From Chitinophagales bacterium (GTDB taxonomy: Bacteria > Bacteroidota > Bacteroidia > Chitinophagales > CAVYQA01): a stretch of DNA of 64,000 nucleotides. Made by a program: the position numbers and the translations under genes. This document shows, one piece after another, positions 39,379 through 49,478 of this stretch. The stretch spans positions 1,792 through 65,791 of the forward strand of contig CAVYQA010000025.1 of NCBI GenBank assembly GCA_963770495.1. The letters run 5' to 3'. Position 1 is the first letter of the stretch, and the number at the start of each line of letters is the position of its first letter. Under the pieces are notes generated by a model, which had not been told where the DNA came from, searched no databases, and was given only the letters and a program-made list of their open reading frames with translations.

Positions 39379-41592
39379 ATGAGTAAAACTAAAGACCTGA
39401 AAAAATATGTAGTATACTTTTGGTATACGTTACTAAGTTTGTTCGGGTTGTTTTTATTGCTCATCATCCTGACAGATGCCGGAGCTTTTGGTAAAATGCC
39501 ATCCTTTATTGAACTGGAGAACCCCTCTAATTCGCTGGCTACCGAGGTGTATTCTGCCGATGGTGTTTTGCTGGGAAAATATTATTACGAAAACCGCTCC
39601 AACTCCTCTTTCGAGGAAATTCCAAAAGCGATGAAAAGTGCGCTTATCGCAACGGAAGACGAGCGGTTTTACGAACATTCTGGTATTGATTTTAAAGCCT
39701 TATTCCGCGCCATCATTACTTTAGGCACAGATGGCGGCGGAAGCACCATAACTCAACAGTTGGCTAAAAATCTTTTTACAACAAAAGTTTCAAACAATAA
39801 AGTTGTCCGTGTTTTTCAGAAATTTAAGGAGTGGATTACTGCTGTAAAGCTGGAACGCCGTTATACTAAAGATGAAATTCTTAATCTTTATTTAAATACT
39901 GTTCAATTCAGTGAAAATTCTTATGGAGTAAAAAGCGCAGCCCGCACGTATTTTAATAAAATTCCCGATTCACTTACTATTGATGAAGGCGCTATGCTTG
40001 TAGGCATGTTAAAGGGCAGCACACTATATAATCCCAAGCGCAATCCGGAAAATGCCATAGCGCGCCGCAATGTGGTGCTGGGTCAAATGGAAAAATACGG
40101 ATTCCTCACCCATGCCGAGTATTTAAAATACCGGCAGATGCCGATTGTGCTTAGTTATGTAAGTCCTGATAATAATGAAGGAGCGGCAACTTATTTCCGC
40201 GAGCAATTGCGGCAGGATTTAATGCAATGGTGCCGTGAAAATAAAAAGCCCGATGGTACTAATTATAATATTTACAAAGACGGGCTTAGGGTTTATACCA
40301 CCATTGATTCGCATATGCAGCAATATGCCGAGGAAGCCGTTGCTCAACACATGAAAGAATTACAGGTCGAATTTTTCCACAGCTGGAGAGGCAGAACTCC
40401 GCCATGGGGAAGTGACACCACTATAATTGTTAATGCGATGCGTAAAACATCGCGCTACCAGGAATTGATTAAGGAAAATGCCGGCGATGATTCAATACGA
40501 AAAGTATTTAACACAAAAGTTAAAATGACGGTATTCTCATGGCATGGTGATATTGATACCGTGATGACGCCAATGGATTCTATAAAATATTCAAAATATT
40601 TTTTGCAAACAGGATTTATGGTCATGGATCCTTATACCGGCTTTGTGAAAGCCTGGGTAGGCGGCATTAATCATCATTACTATCAATTCGACCACGTTAA
40701 TATAAATGCAAAGCGGCAAGTGGGTTCTACATTTAAACCCATCGTTTACTCAGTGGCTATCACAAACGGCTATTCACCTTGTTACAAAGTGCCTAATGAG
40801 CGTGTTGTTTTTGAAAATTTCAATAACTGGTCGCCGCAAAATGCTGAGGATGTATATGGCGGTATGCTAACACTATACCAGGGTTTAGCTAACTCTATAA
40901 ATACAGTCACTGCTTATATTATTAAACAGGTGGGCACACAACCGGTGATTGACCTGGCTCGCCGAATGGGCATCACCAGTCACCTCGACCCTTATCCTTC
41001 TCTTGCTTTAGGTGTTCCTGATATTTCAGTTTATGAAATGACGGGCGCTTATACCACCTTTGTGAATAAGGGTGTGTATACCAAGCCAATTTATATAGAA
41101 CGTATAGAAGATAAAAACGGCAACGTGCTCCAGGAATTTCACACCAGCCATGTTGAGGCGCTGGATGAGCAAAGCGCTTATGTAATGCTCACCATGCTTG
41201 AAAATGTGGTTAATGAAGGTACCGGAATTCGTTTAAGAAACACATTCAAATTTACCAATGAAATGGGCGGCAAAACCGGCACCACACAAAACAACAGCGA
41301 TGGCTGGTTTGTGGGTGTTATACCGCAATTGGTGGGTGGCGCATGGGTGGGTGGCGACGATAGGGTGGTGCGTTTTAAATCTCTGTTCTACGGGCAAGGT
41401 GCTAACATGGCTTTGCCTATTTGGGGATATTTTCTTCAAAAAGTTTATGCCGATAAAAAACTTGGTATTTCTGAAGATGCCCCATTTGAACTCCCACCGG
41501 GTCCTATTACCATAGAAACCGATTGCAGCAAATACAACCATGAGCAACAGGTGCAAAAAACCACCAATTTTGGGGATGAATTCAATAAGTGA
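39379..41592 (+). CDS. mrcA: Class A penicillin-binding protein 1A
   Basis: ATEDERF, GGSTITQQLAKN, GSTFK (SxxK), SIN, KTGTT. Confidence 0.92.
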   Translation: MSKTKDLKKYVVYFWYTLLSLFGLFLLLIILTDAGAFGKMPSFIELENPSNSLATEVYSADGVLLGKYYYENRSNSSFEEIPKAMKSALIATEDERFYEHSGIDFKALFRAIITLGTDGGGSTITQQLAKNLFTTKVSNNKVVRVFQKFKEWITAVKLERRYTKDEILNLYLNTVQFSENSYGVKSAARTYFNKIPDSLTIDEGAMLVGMLKGSTLYNPKRNPENAIARRNVVLGQMEKYGFLTHAEYLKYRQMPIVLSYVSPDNNEGAATYFREQLRQDLMQWCRENKKPDGTNYNIYKDGLRVYTTIDSHMQQYAEEAVAQHMKELQVEFFHSWRGRTPPWGSDTTIIVNAMRKTSRYQELIKENAGDDSIRKVFNTKVKMTVFSWHGDIDTVMTPMDSIKYSKYFLQTGFMVMDPYTGFVKAWVGGINHHYYQFDHVNINAKRQVGSTFKPIVYSVAITNGYSPCYKVPNERVVFENFNNWSPQNAEDVYGGMLTLYQGLANSINTVTAYIIKQVGTQPVIDLARRMGITSHLDPYPSLALGVPDISVYEMTGAYTTFVNKGVYTKPIYIERIEDKNGNVLQEFHTSHVEALDEQSAYVMLTMLENVVNEGTGIRLRNTFKFTNEMGGKTGTTQNNSDGWFVGVIPQLVGGAWVGGDDRVVRFKSLFYGQGANMALPIWGYFLQKVYADKKLGISEDAPFELPPGPITIETDCSKYNHEQQVQKTTNFGDEFNK

Positions 41593-41630
41593 TCAGTTAA
41601 CAGTAATCAGTTAACAATTTCCAACATCAT

Positions 41631-41670
41631 TTATTCCTTTTCTTCGCGCAAACCTGCACATAACCGGGGG
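41631..41670 (-). pseudogene. Remnant duplicate of O-methyltransferase 3' end
   Basis: Encodes PGYVQVCAKKKE*; 41640..41670 matches 41811..41841 at 29/31 nt. Confidence 0.75.
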
Positions 41671-41677
41671 CAATTTA

Positions 41678-41716
41678 GCCTCACCCTTAATCCTCTCCTA
41701 AAAGAGAGGGAGACTC
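41678..41716. repeat. REP-like hairpin element
   Basis: CCTCACCCTTAATCCTCTCCTAAAAGAGAGGGAGAC. Confidence 0.6.
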
Positions 41717-41803
41717 TGTTAGTTTGATATTATAGGTTTAGATTTTAATTAATTTAATTGTCTCGTCTAATATTCCACATCTTTAAACTATCATCTGTCA
41801 ACT

Positions 41804-42847
41804 TTAAACTTTCTTCGCACAAACCTGCACATACCCGGGGGGCGACATGAATTTATTTACCTTATAAAATTTAAGTCCTGCTCCTGTTTGAAAGTCTTTT
41901 ATTTCCTGTAAGCTCCAGGTTCCGGATGTACTGCTTAAATTAAAAAACAGATCGAGGGTGGCCCCCAGCAAATCCATATTATTGGATGTTTCCGGTCTTA
42001 AAAATTCCTGTATAACATAGTATCCACCCGGCTTAAGCGCTTTGGCAACTTTTGAAGATAGCAATTGACATTGTTCAGGCGTGAAATGATGAATAAGGCT
42101 TGATATCAATACCAGGTCAAATTTGTTTTCGCCCAAATCTTCTTTCAAAGCATCTCCAGCCCAATACTGCACCTTATCGCCCATATTGAATTTTGCAAGG
42201 ATAGGTTTCGCTTTTTCAACAGCCGAAGGCAAATCGAGAATAGTAGATTTTAAGGTTGAATATTTTTTACAAAGCTCAACAGAATATAACCCATGAGAGC
42301 CGCCAATATCAAGCATGGCAACCGGATTTCCGGTCATTGGCGTCATCTTAGCTGCTGCTTTTGAGGGGTCGCGCGCAAAATCTTCCATACATAATTGATA
42401 CAATTTCCACTGTTCATCATTCAGAGTATTATGGATTTGCAGCCCCTGTCCCGTTTTTAAAAAGTCTTCCGTGTGATCCATCCAATCACATTGCAAATAA
42501 TTAAATAACTGATAGTTGTAAATGCTTACCGGGCTTTCTTTAAGGCACCATTTTCTTGCCATTTTTGTCAATGAAAATTTGTCATTGCTGTATTTGAAAT
42601 ATCCTGATGCCGTTAATGTATTAACCAAACTTTTCAATGCCCTCTTGCTAAGGGCAGTTTTCTGCTGCAACTCTTCTAAAGTTTGTGCAGTATCTTTAAG
42701 CGCTTCAAAAATATTCAGCTTAAATGCCGCCATTACCGCCCTTGACAGAATAAAGAATACCTGTGTGTGGACTATCGGTACAGGCACTAGGTTTGCTTTG
42801 AGCCCAATATATTCAATCGGGTTTTGTGGTTTGATTGCAACTTTCAT
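41804..42847 (-). CDS. SAM-dependent O-methyltransferase with dimerisation domain
   Basis: N-terminal wHTH, LDIGGSHG, DLP, GDAL, IHHF, ALKPGG. Confidence 0.9.
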   Translation of the reverse strand: MKVAIKPQNPIEYIGLKANLVPVPIVHTQVFFILSRAVMAAFKLNIFEALKDTAQTLEELQQKTALSKRALKSLVNTLTASGYFKYSNDKFSLTKMARKWCLKESPVSIYNYQLFNYLQCDWMDHTEDFLKTGQGLQIHNTLNDEQWKLYQLCMEDFARDPSKAAAKMTPMTGNPVAMLDIGGSHGLYSVELCKKYSTLKSTILDLPSAVEKAKPILAKFNMGDKVQYWAGDALKEDLGENKFDLVLISSLIHHFTPEQCQLLSSKVAKALKPGGYYVIQEFLRPETSNNMDLLGATLDLFFNLSSTSGTWSLQEIKDFQTGAGLKFYKVNKFMSPPGYVQVCAKKV

Positions 42848-42924
42848 ATACCTTTGATTTATTAAATAAAATAATTTTATACGCCATGAACCGTTTTAAT
42901 TTTTAAATCGGCAAAGCAAATATA

Positions 42925-44088
42925 ATGAAAAGGTTTTTACTAATTTTCCAACTATTATTTATCTGCTTTGCGCAATTAGCTAATGCCCAAACCGGCGAAT
43001 TATTAGGAGTAGCATCTATAGGGGGTAAAACAAATGGCGGCGTTATATTTAAAATCAATTCGGATGGAACCGGTTTTGATACACTTTATAGTTTTAATAA
43101 AGTAAATGCGTCAATTGGCTTTTCCCCTGCGGGGCAACTTGTGCCGGGGGATGACGGCAAGTGGTATGGTATACTTGGTTTCAGCAATACTACTTCCGAT
43201 TCGGGTGTGTTCTATAGTTTTGATTTAACCACTCACAATTGTAAAAAGCTGTTTGCCTTTAACAGCCATAAAGGCACACCTTCATTTGGCAGTATTGTGA
43301 AAGCGACTAATGGCATATTATATTTAGCCACCTCATCCGACAGCGTGGGAAGTATTTTATGCTACAATACAGCTGATAATAGCCGCATAAGAGTTTTAAA
43401 TTTTGACACAACAGATGGAAGATTACCTTTTGGCGGCTTGCTTTATACTAAAAACGGCAACCTGTATGGAATGACCGCTTATGGCGGCGCTTACAATGAC
43501 GGCGAATTATTTTGTTTCAACCCGTTAAATAAAACGTATAAAAAGCTTTATGATTTTAACAAAGTAAACGGATTACATCCCTGGGGCAACCTGATAGAGG
43601 CAAAAGACGGGAAACTATACGGAATGACTTCGGGCGGCGGCGTTAATGATACGGCTATGTGGAACCACGGCGACGGCGTGATATTTAGTTTTAACCCCGC
43701 CGATAACAGTTATAAAAAATTACATGATTTTAAATGGAAAGAGGGCGCAACGCCGCAGAGCAGCCTGTTACAGGCAAAGAACGGCAAACTATACGGGTTA
43801 ACCTGGTATGGCGGCGCTTACCAACACGGCGTGGTGTTTGTTTTTAATCCTTCGGATAACTCTTTTACCGACATTCATGATTTTAACGATAGCGACGGCT
43901 CCTACCCGCACGGCAGTTTAATACTGGTAAAAAATAACGAGTTGTATGGTATGACTACCCGCGGCGGCACACATAACTGCGGCATTATTTTTTTAATTGA
44001 TACTAAGAACAATTCAATTAAAAAGATTTATGACTTTGACCGCGTGAAGGGAGGATTGCCTTTTGGAGATTTGAGTGAAATAAAATAA
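42925..44088 (+). CDS. Secreted GloVer/Gloeo_Verruco-repeat beta-propeller protein (no CTD)
   Basis: Repeats of LYGMT..GG...G.IF.F.P; signal peptide. Confidence 0.85.
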   Translation: MKRFLLIFQLLFICFAQLANAQTGELLGVASIGGKTNGGVIFKINSDGTGFDTLYSFNKVNASIGFSPAGQLVPGDDGKWYGILGFSNTTSDSGVFYSFDLTTHNCKKLFAFNSHKGTPSFGSIVKATNGILYLATSSDSVGSILCYNTADNSRIRVLNFDTTDGRLPFGGLLYTKNGNLYGMTAYGGAYNDGELFCFNPLNKTYKKLYDFNKVNGLHPWGNLIEAKDGKLYGMTSGGGVNDTAMWNHGDGVIFSFNPADNSYKKLHDFKWKEGATPQSSLLQAKNGKLYGLTWYGGAYQHGVVFVFNPSDNSFTDIHDFNDSDGSYPHGSLILVKNNELYGMTTRGGTHNCGIIFLIDTKNNSIKKIYDFDRVKGGLPFGDLSEIK

Positions 44089-44092
44089 TCCA

Positions 44093-45442
44093 TTATGATG
44101 CAACCGGTTGGCTGCTAAACTTTTTAATATCCGTTCCAAAATCAAGCACCTCTTTTTCTCCTCTTGCAGCGGCAACAATGCTGGCGCCAATTACGCTACG
44201 CACTCCGCCTTCGCAATGAACAACAATGGGTTTGCCTTTGGGTATTTCAGCGGTGCGCTCCCTCAATTCATTTAATGGGATATGAAAGGCAGAATCAAAT
44301 TTTTTACCGCCTTTCCATTCTGTATCATTCCTTACATCTAAAATGGTGTAATCGGACTGGTGAGAAAGAAATTCATCTAAATCAAATTCGGACGATGTTA
44401 CCAAGCCTTCTGTTGGGTTAGGAATTGCCGCAATAATGTTGCTTTCATATCCAATTCTCGCTGCGCGTTCAATAAGTTGTTTTGCTGTTAAAGGGGAATC
44501 AGTAATGAGATAAGATTTTTCCTTTGGTCCCACCACAGTGCCTAAATAGGTTTCAAATTTTTTTGCAGAGGGGTTATTAATAGCTCCGTGCAAATGACCT
44601 CTATCAAATTGCTCTTTCTGCCGCGTATCAACAACTAGCGCATTTTTTTCGGGAGTGATTGGCTGAGAATAAATTTTAACCGCATCAACTGACTCACGAA
44701 ATGATTTGATTTTCTTACGGTTCATCTCAACCGAATTGATGAAATATTTGGGGATATAGGGTTGGTCTTCCAACAATGCTTTCACAAATTCATCTTCAGT
44801 CATATTACTGAACGCATAATTTGACACCCTCTCCGCCCCTATTGTGGTGTAATTTGCTTTGCTTAAACTTTTGCCGCATAACGACCCGGCGCCATGCGCC
44901 GGGTATACTATAACATCATCGGGCAATTTCATTAGTTTATCATGGATGGAGTGATACATTTTCTTAGCCAGCTCGACACGGGTTGCCGCGCTTGAGGGCG
45001 TATTCTCACGTAAATCGGGTCGACCTACATCGCCTACAAATAGTGTATCGCCGCTAAAGAGATATAAGGGTTTATTATTTTCTTCCAACACAATGGAGAT
45101 ACTGTCAGGTGAATGACCGGGTGTATGTAAACAACGGAATATATAATTGCCGATGGAAATAGTATTGCCATCATCAAAAGGAACAAAATCGTATTCCGGT
45201 TTAATAAGCGGGTGCTCATAAATTTTGGCGCCCGTTGTTTGCCCAATTTCATAATGCCCGCTCACAAAATCGGCATGGGGATGTGTTTCTATAACATGCG
45301 TTATAGCGGCATTATTTTCCTTAGCAAAATCGTAATACTGCTGCGGATTGCGCGAGGGGTCTATTACTACAACCGAATTATCTATGAGAATGGCATAAGA
45401 ATAATGCGCTAAATTCTCATCGTTAAATTGTTTTACCTGCAT
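44093..45442 (-). CDS. MBL-fold hydrolase/persulfide dioxygenase-like fused to two rhodanese domains
   Basis: ETHPHADFVSGH, HTPGH, SGDTLFVGDVGRPD, DVRN..EW, HCEGGVRS. Confidence 0.92.
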   Translation of the reverse strand: MQVKQFNDENLAHYSYAILIDNSVVVIDPSRNPQQYYDFAKENNAAITHVIETHPHADFVSGHYEIGQTTGAKIYEHPLIKPEYDFVPFDDGNTISIGNYIFRCLHTPGHSPDSISIVLEENNKPLYLFSGDTLFVGDVGRPDLRENTPSSAATRVELAKKMYHSIHDKLMKLPDDVIVYPAHGAGSLCGKSLSKANYTTIGAERVSNYAFSNMTEDEFVKALLEDQPYIPKYFINSVEMNRKKIKSFRESVDAVKIYSQPITPEKNALVVDTRQKEQFDRGHLHGAINNPSAKKFETYLGTVVGPKEKSYLITDSPLTAKQLIERAARIGYESNIIAAIPNPTEGLVTSSEFDLDEFLSHQSDYTILDVRNDTEWKGGKKFDSAFHIPLNELRERTAEIPKGKPIVVHCEGGVRSVIGASIVAAARGEKEVLDFGTDIKKFSSQPVAS

Positions 45443-45512
45443 AACTATTTATTTTATAGTAATACAAATATACACTTATTTAAACCTGTTGTAAACCGGA
45501 AAACCCTTTTTA

Positions 45513-45770
45513 TTAATTGGGGGCTACTACTGAAACGTAGGTGCGCTCTTTAGCTTTTACTTTAAATTCAACTATGCCATCACGGATGGCATAAATAGTA
45601 TAGTCTTTGCCAACAGCCACCCCCGTGCCGGGGTGAAATTTAGTGCCGCGCTGGCGCACAATAATGTTGCCATTGGTAGCGGGCTGACCGCCATATATTT
45701 TTACACCAAGCCGTTTGGCGCGTGATTCACGACCGTTTTTTACTTTACCTTCACCTTTTTTATGTGCCAT
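45513..45770 (-). CDS. rpmA: 50S ribosomal protein L27
   Basis: MAHKKG...NGRES..KRLGVK. Confidence 0.98.
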   Translation of the reverse strand: MAHKKGEGKVKNGRESRAKRLGVKIYGGQPATNGNIIVRQRGTKFHPGTGVAVGKDYTIYAIRDGIVEFKVKAKERTYVSVVAPN

Positions 45771-45773
45771 GAC

Positions 45774-46079
45774 TTAGGATATTTTATCAATTTTAATTCT
45801 GGTAAGAAAATCGCGATGCCCGCGTTTCAGCTTAAAGCCCTTGCGTCTTTTCTTTTTAAAAGCTATTACTTTGTCGCCTTTAAGCTGGTCAACGATGGTA
45901 GCATTAACGGTTGCCTTAACTGTGGGAACTCCAACAGTGTATTTACCGTCTTTTTCAAGGAATAATACGTCGGTAAATTTCACCTTATCGCCCTCTTTGC
46001 CTTCAAGGCGATGCACCAATAATTCACTGCCCTCCTCAGCCCTGAATTGCTGTCCTGCAATATCAACAATAGCGTACAT
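45774..46079 (-). CDS. rplU: 50S ribosomal protein L21
   Basis: MYAIVDIAGQQF...KKKRRKG...GHR. Confidence 0.98.
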   Translation of the reverse strand: MYAIVDIAGQQFRAEEGSELLVHRLEGKEGDKVKFTDVLFLEKDGKYTVGVPTVKATVNATIVDQLKGDKVIAFKKKRRKGFKLKRGHRDFLTRIKIDKIS

Positions 46080-46219
46080 TGTATATATAGATTTTAAAAA
46101 TAGGCTGCAAAAATACTATTTTTCCGCCAAAAATAAAAGGAATTTTTAAATACTGCTTCAAATAAAGGCAATGACATTTAACTTATTTATAATATATTAG
46201 TCTAATTCATATTTATTAA

Positions 46220-47126
46220 ATGAAAATTGTACACCGTTTTATGTTATTGGCTGTTATTGTTGGTCCGATAACTATGCAGGGATTCGCGCAGCCAGCCATA
46301 AAAAATGCTCCTAAAACGGACAGCACCACTAGAACCGAATGGGATGTAACTTTGGATTATTACACCAGGTCTGTATTTCTCGGGCGCACCGACAGCATCG
46401 GTTCCGGCTATTATATGCCGGCTATTGCAGTTAATCTTAAATCGGGTTTATTCTTTTCATTAGCTCCTACCCTTTTTCAACAAAATACCAAACAAGCTTA
46501 TGGCGGATTAAGCCTTATAGGCGGGTATGATAAAACCATCTCCGATAATTTTACAATTGATATCCAATTAATTAAAAATTTGTATCCGGCTGCAACCAGG
46601 CGGGTTAATAGCACCGTAACGTTCGAGGGAGAAGCTGCTTTAGACTATATAAACGATATTGTCACCTCCGAGATTAGCCTCCAGTTCTTAATTAATAAAA
46701 GCTCATTTGATAATACGCCGGATTACGTGTTTACGCTTACAGAATCTCACCCGTTTTATTTATATGCCCTTCTCTCTTTAAATGACAGCTTAAGCATTAC
46801 CCCGTCGGCAAGCGTTTCGGCAGGAACTCAAAATTTTTACTTTGGCTATGTTAATACAGAAGTACTGGCGGAACACCCTAAAGAGGAGGCGGCATTAAAA
46901 AAGGCTGCTACCAAGCTTGAGAAAGCGGCATCGGAAGCCAAAATTCTGAATTATGAATTATCGCTGCCGGTTGAATATTATTTAGGGCATCTTATCATTT
47001 ATGTAACTCCGATGTATGATATTCGGGGAAAATATTATTGGGCGACCAACTTCATTATCACTTTGGTCGGCAGACTTTGGAATTGGTTACAGGTTTTGGT
47101 CCGGTAAACATCCAAAGAAATCCTAA
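46220..47126 (+). CDS. Putative outer-membrane beta-barrel protein; frameshift near 47025
   Basis: Signal peptide and alternating beta strands. Removing one base in CGGGG gives ...DFGIGYRFWSGKHPKKS* with a beta-signal-like GIGYRF. Confidence 0.65.
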
Positions 47127-47152
47127 CAATTTATATTATGAAGCACACGAAT

Positions 47153-48562
47153 TTATTTTCCTCTTCCCTGTAAAATGGTGAGCGTAGTATAAAGCATAAT
47201 GCGAAAATCGTTGGCAAGCGACATATTCTCTATATAAATAAGGTCGTATTTAACCCGTTCTATCATCTGCTGTATGTTTTCGGCGTAACCGAATTTTACC
47301 ATACCCCATGACGTTATACCCGGTTTAACCTTTTGCAGGTGAATATAATCGGGCTCCACTTTAACGATTTGTGAAATATAATGTTCTCTCTCGGGACGCG
47401 GACCTACGAGTGACATATCGCCCCGTATCACATTATAAAATTGAGGCAATTCATCGAGCCGCCACTTACGCATAAATCTGCCCCAAAGTGTTATGCGGGG
47501 GTCGTTAATACTTGATAAGGCAGGACCATCTGGCTCAGCATTGTGTATCATTGACCGGAATTTATAGATTTTAAACGGTTTGCCGTGCCACCCGATACGT
47601 TGCTGGCTGTAAATTATGGGTCCTTTTGAAGAAAGCTTTACACGTATGGCAACAAAAAACATAAGCGGGGAAAGAAGAATCAACACTAAAGCGGATGCAG
47701 TTATATCTATAATGCGCTTGAAGTTATGCTGCCATTGCGGCATTAACTCGGGATAAATTTCAATCAGCGCCGCACCTAAAACATGATTCATTTTCACAGA
47801 GCCCGACAGGATATCATACATATCGGGAATTATTTTTATCACTACATTTTTACCTGCCAGCTGATTAATGATATCGTGTATTCGGTTGTGTTCCGATGTT
47901 TCAATGGCTATTATAACTTCATCAATAGAAGAATTTTTCAGCACATCGCCAAGCGATTGCAGTTTGCCAAGATTAGGAATGTATGAGGAAAGCCCGTTAG
48001 TGCTGTTGCCATTGGTATCAATAAAGCCGACAAACTTGTAACCAAGCACTTTTTTACTGTGGTTTATTTCATTATAAAGCCCTACAGCGCGCTGGTTGCC
48101 GCCTATAATAAGTGTTTGAAAGCCGAACCTGCCGGTTTTCATGCGGCGCTTGGCGCGATTAAGAATAATAATCCGTCCCAATATGGTTAACAGGAACTGG
48201 GTAAAAAACAATACCAAAAAATCAATGTAGTAATCGGAATAGGAAGTAACCTTATCATTTAAAACAAAAGCAAAAAATATGACTATACATCCTACTGTAG
48301 TAATTATAAATGTTTTAATAACTTCGCTAAGGCGCGACTTGCGGTAAATGTTAATATACGTTCCGAGCACCAGGTTAAGCAGCAGCCATCCAATGGTTAT
48401 GGCAATGGTGCCTTCAAATAATTTTTTTTCGTGCAGGAATATGGGATTCCACGATAATTTCTCAATATATAATTTTCTGAAAATATAAAAAAGCACCCAT
48501 GTTAGCGCGGCGCTAAACAAATCTGACAAAATATAAGATACTATGCCGTTACGTTTTTTCAG
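47153..48562 (-). CDS. Polyprenyl-phosphate sugar phosphotransferase (WcaJ/WbaP family)
   Basis: KRIID, FKIYKFRSM, DPRIT, LDELPQ, GDMSLVGPRPE, KPGIT; start either CTG 48562 or TTG 48529. Confidence 0.93.
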   Translation of the reverse strand: MKKRNGIVSYILSDLFSAALTWVLFYIFRKLYIEKLSWNPIFLHEKKLFEGTIAITIGWLLLNLVLGTYINIYRKSRLSEVIKTFIITTVGCIVIFFAFVLNDKVTSYSDYYIDFLVLFFTQFLLTILGRIIILNRAKRRMKTGRFGFQTLIIGGNQRAVGLYNEINHSKKVLGYKFVGFIDTNGNSTNGLSSYIPNLGKLQSLGDVLKNSSIDEVIIAIETSEHNRIHDIINQLAGKNVVIKIIPDMYDILSGSVKMNHVLGAALIEIYPELMPQWQHNFKRIIDITASALVLILLSPLMFFVAIRVKLSSKGPIIYSQQRIGWHGKPFKIYKFRSMIHNAEPDGPALSSINDPRITLWGRFMRKWRLDELPQFYNVIRGDMSLVGPRPEREHYISQIVKVEPDYIHLQKVKPGITSWGMVKFGYAENIQQMIERVKYDLIYIENMSLANDFRIMLYTTLTILQGRGK

Positions 48563-48575
48563 AAAAAAATATTAA

Positions 48576-49463
48576 TTAAAAATGAACCAATTTTATATTA
48601 TCCAAATAAATTTGCCCTTCGCTCTTGCCTTGAGGCAAAGTGGCGCCAAAAGCTATTTGATAAAGATTTTTACCGGTTTGTGTCAAGTAAGGAGACAGAT
48701 TGATATATATTTTATTCCAAGTACTTATGGGATTTATCTGCTCAAAATAATTGGCAGAAAATGTGACACCATTCTGAATATCAACTATACCAATACTGAA
48801 AGGAATGGTACACATATAATCCATTTCAACATAAACCGGGCTAGAGTTGGGTAATGAGTCAGGTTGAATTGATTCAACCTGGAAATTACTATTCTGGGAA
48901 TTAAGTAATGCATAACCGCACGATTTTCCGTATTTTACTATGGAAGGATTTGAGTAAGTATTCAATTTCACATTACCACTATCAAAAGTTTGAAAACCAT
49001 TATTGTTTTCAAACTCAGCTATAAGCGGAAATTTAGTATTTGAACGATAGGTAAAATGTGGAATAAATGTAGAGGTATGATTTGCCTGAAAGTTAACAGT
49101 CATTGTATCGTAAGTATAAAATGGATAAATACTGCGGGTTTCCTGAAGTCCATTTTCTTCAATACCTGGGCTAAGCTGGGTAAAGGTATTGCCCTGTGCA
49201 AGTACAGGAAATAATGAAGGAACATTGTAAACTCCTATTGGATTATTATTATAATATGCCCAAACATTGGTAATGTTTGAAGTGGTGTCGCCGTTTTGTT
49301 CAGCCATAGAGTTATTCGTAGAAAAAACAACAGAATTTATTTTAAGATAAGCGGGCACGGCAGTATCAGGAAACAACTTATTGCACGAGATTAGCTCGCT
49401 TATAACCAGCACACCAAACAAATCTGCCAAAATATAAGATAGTATGTAGTGGTTGTGTTTCAG
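48576..49463 (-). CDS. Hypothetical lipoprotein, paralog 2 (chimeric N-terminus)
   Basis: Paralog of 49479..50348 (TSNITNVWAYYNNNPIGVYNVP, YLDNIKLVHF). Confidence 0.8.
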   Translation of the reverse strand: MKHNHYILSYILADLFGVLVISELISCNKLFPDTAVPAYLKINSVVFSTNNSMAEQNGDTTSNITNVWAYYNNNPIGVYNVPSLFPVLAQGNTFTQLSPGIEENGLQETRSIYPFYTYDTMTVNFQANHTSTFIPHFTYRSNTKFPLIAEFENNNGFQTFDSGNVKLNTYSNPSIVKYGKSCGYALLNSQNSNFQVESIQPDSLPNSSPVYVEMDYMCTIPFSIGIVDIQNGVTFSANYFEQINPISTWNKIYINLSPYLTQTGKNLYQIAFGATLPQGKSEGQIYLDNIKLVHF

Positions 49464-49478
49464 AATCGTTGATTTTTT

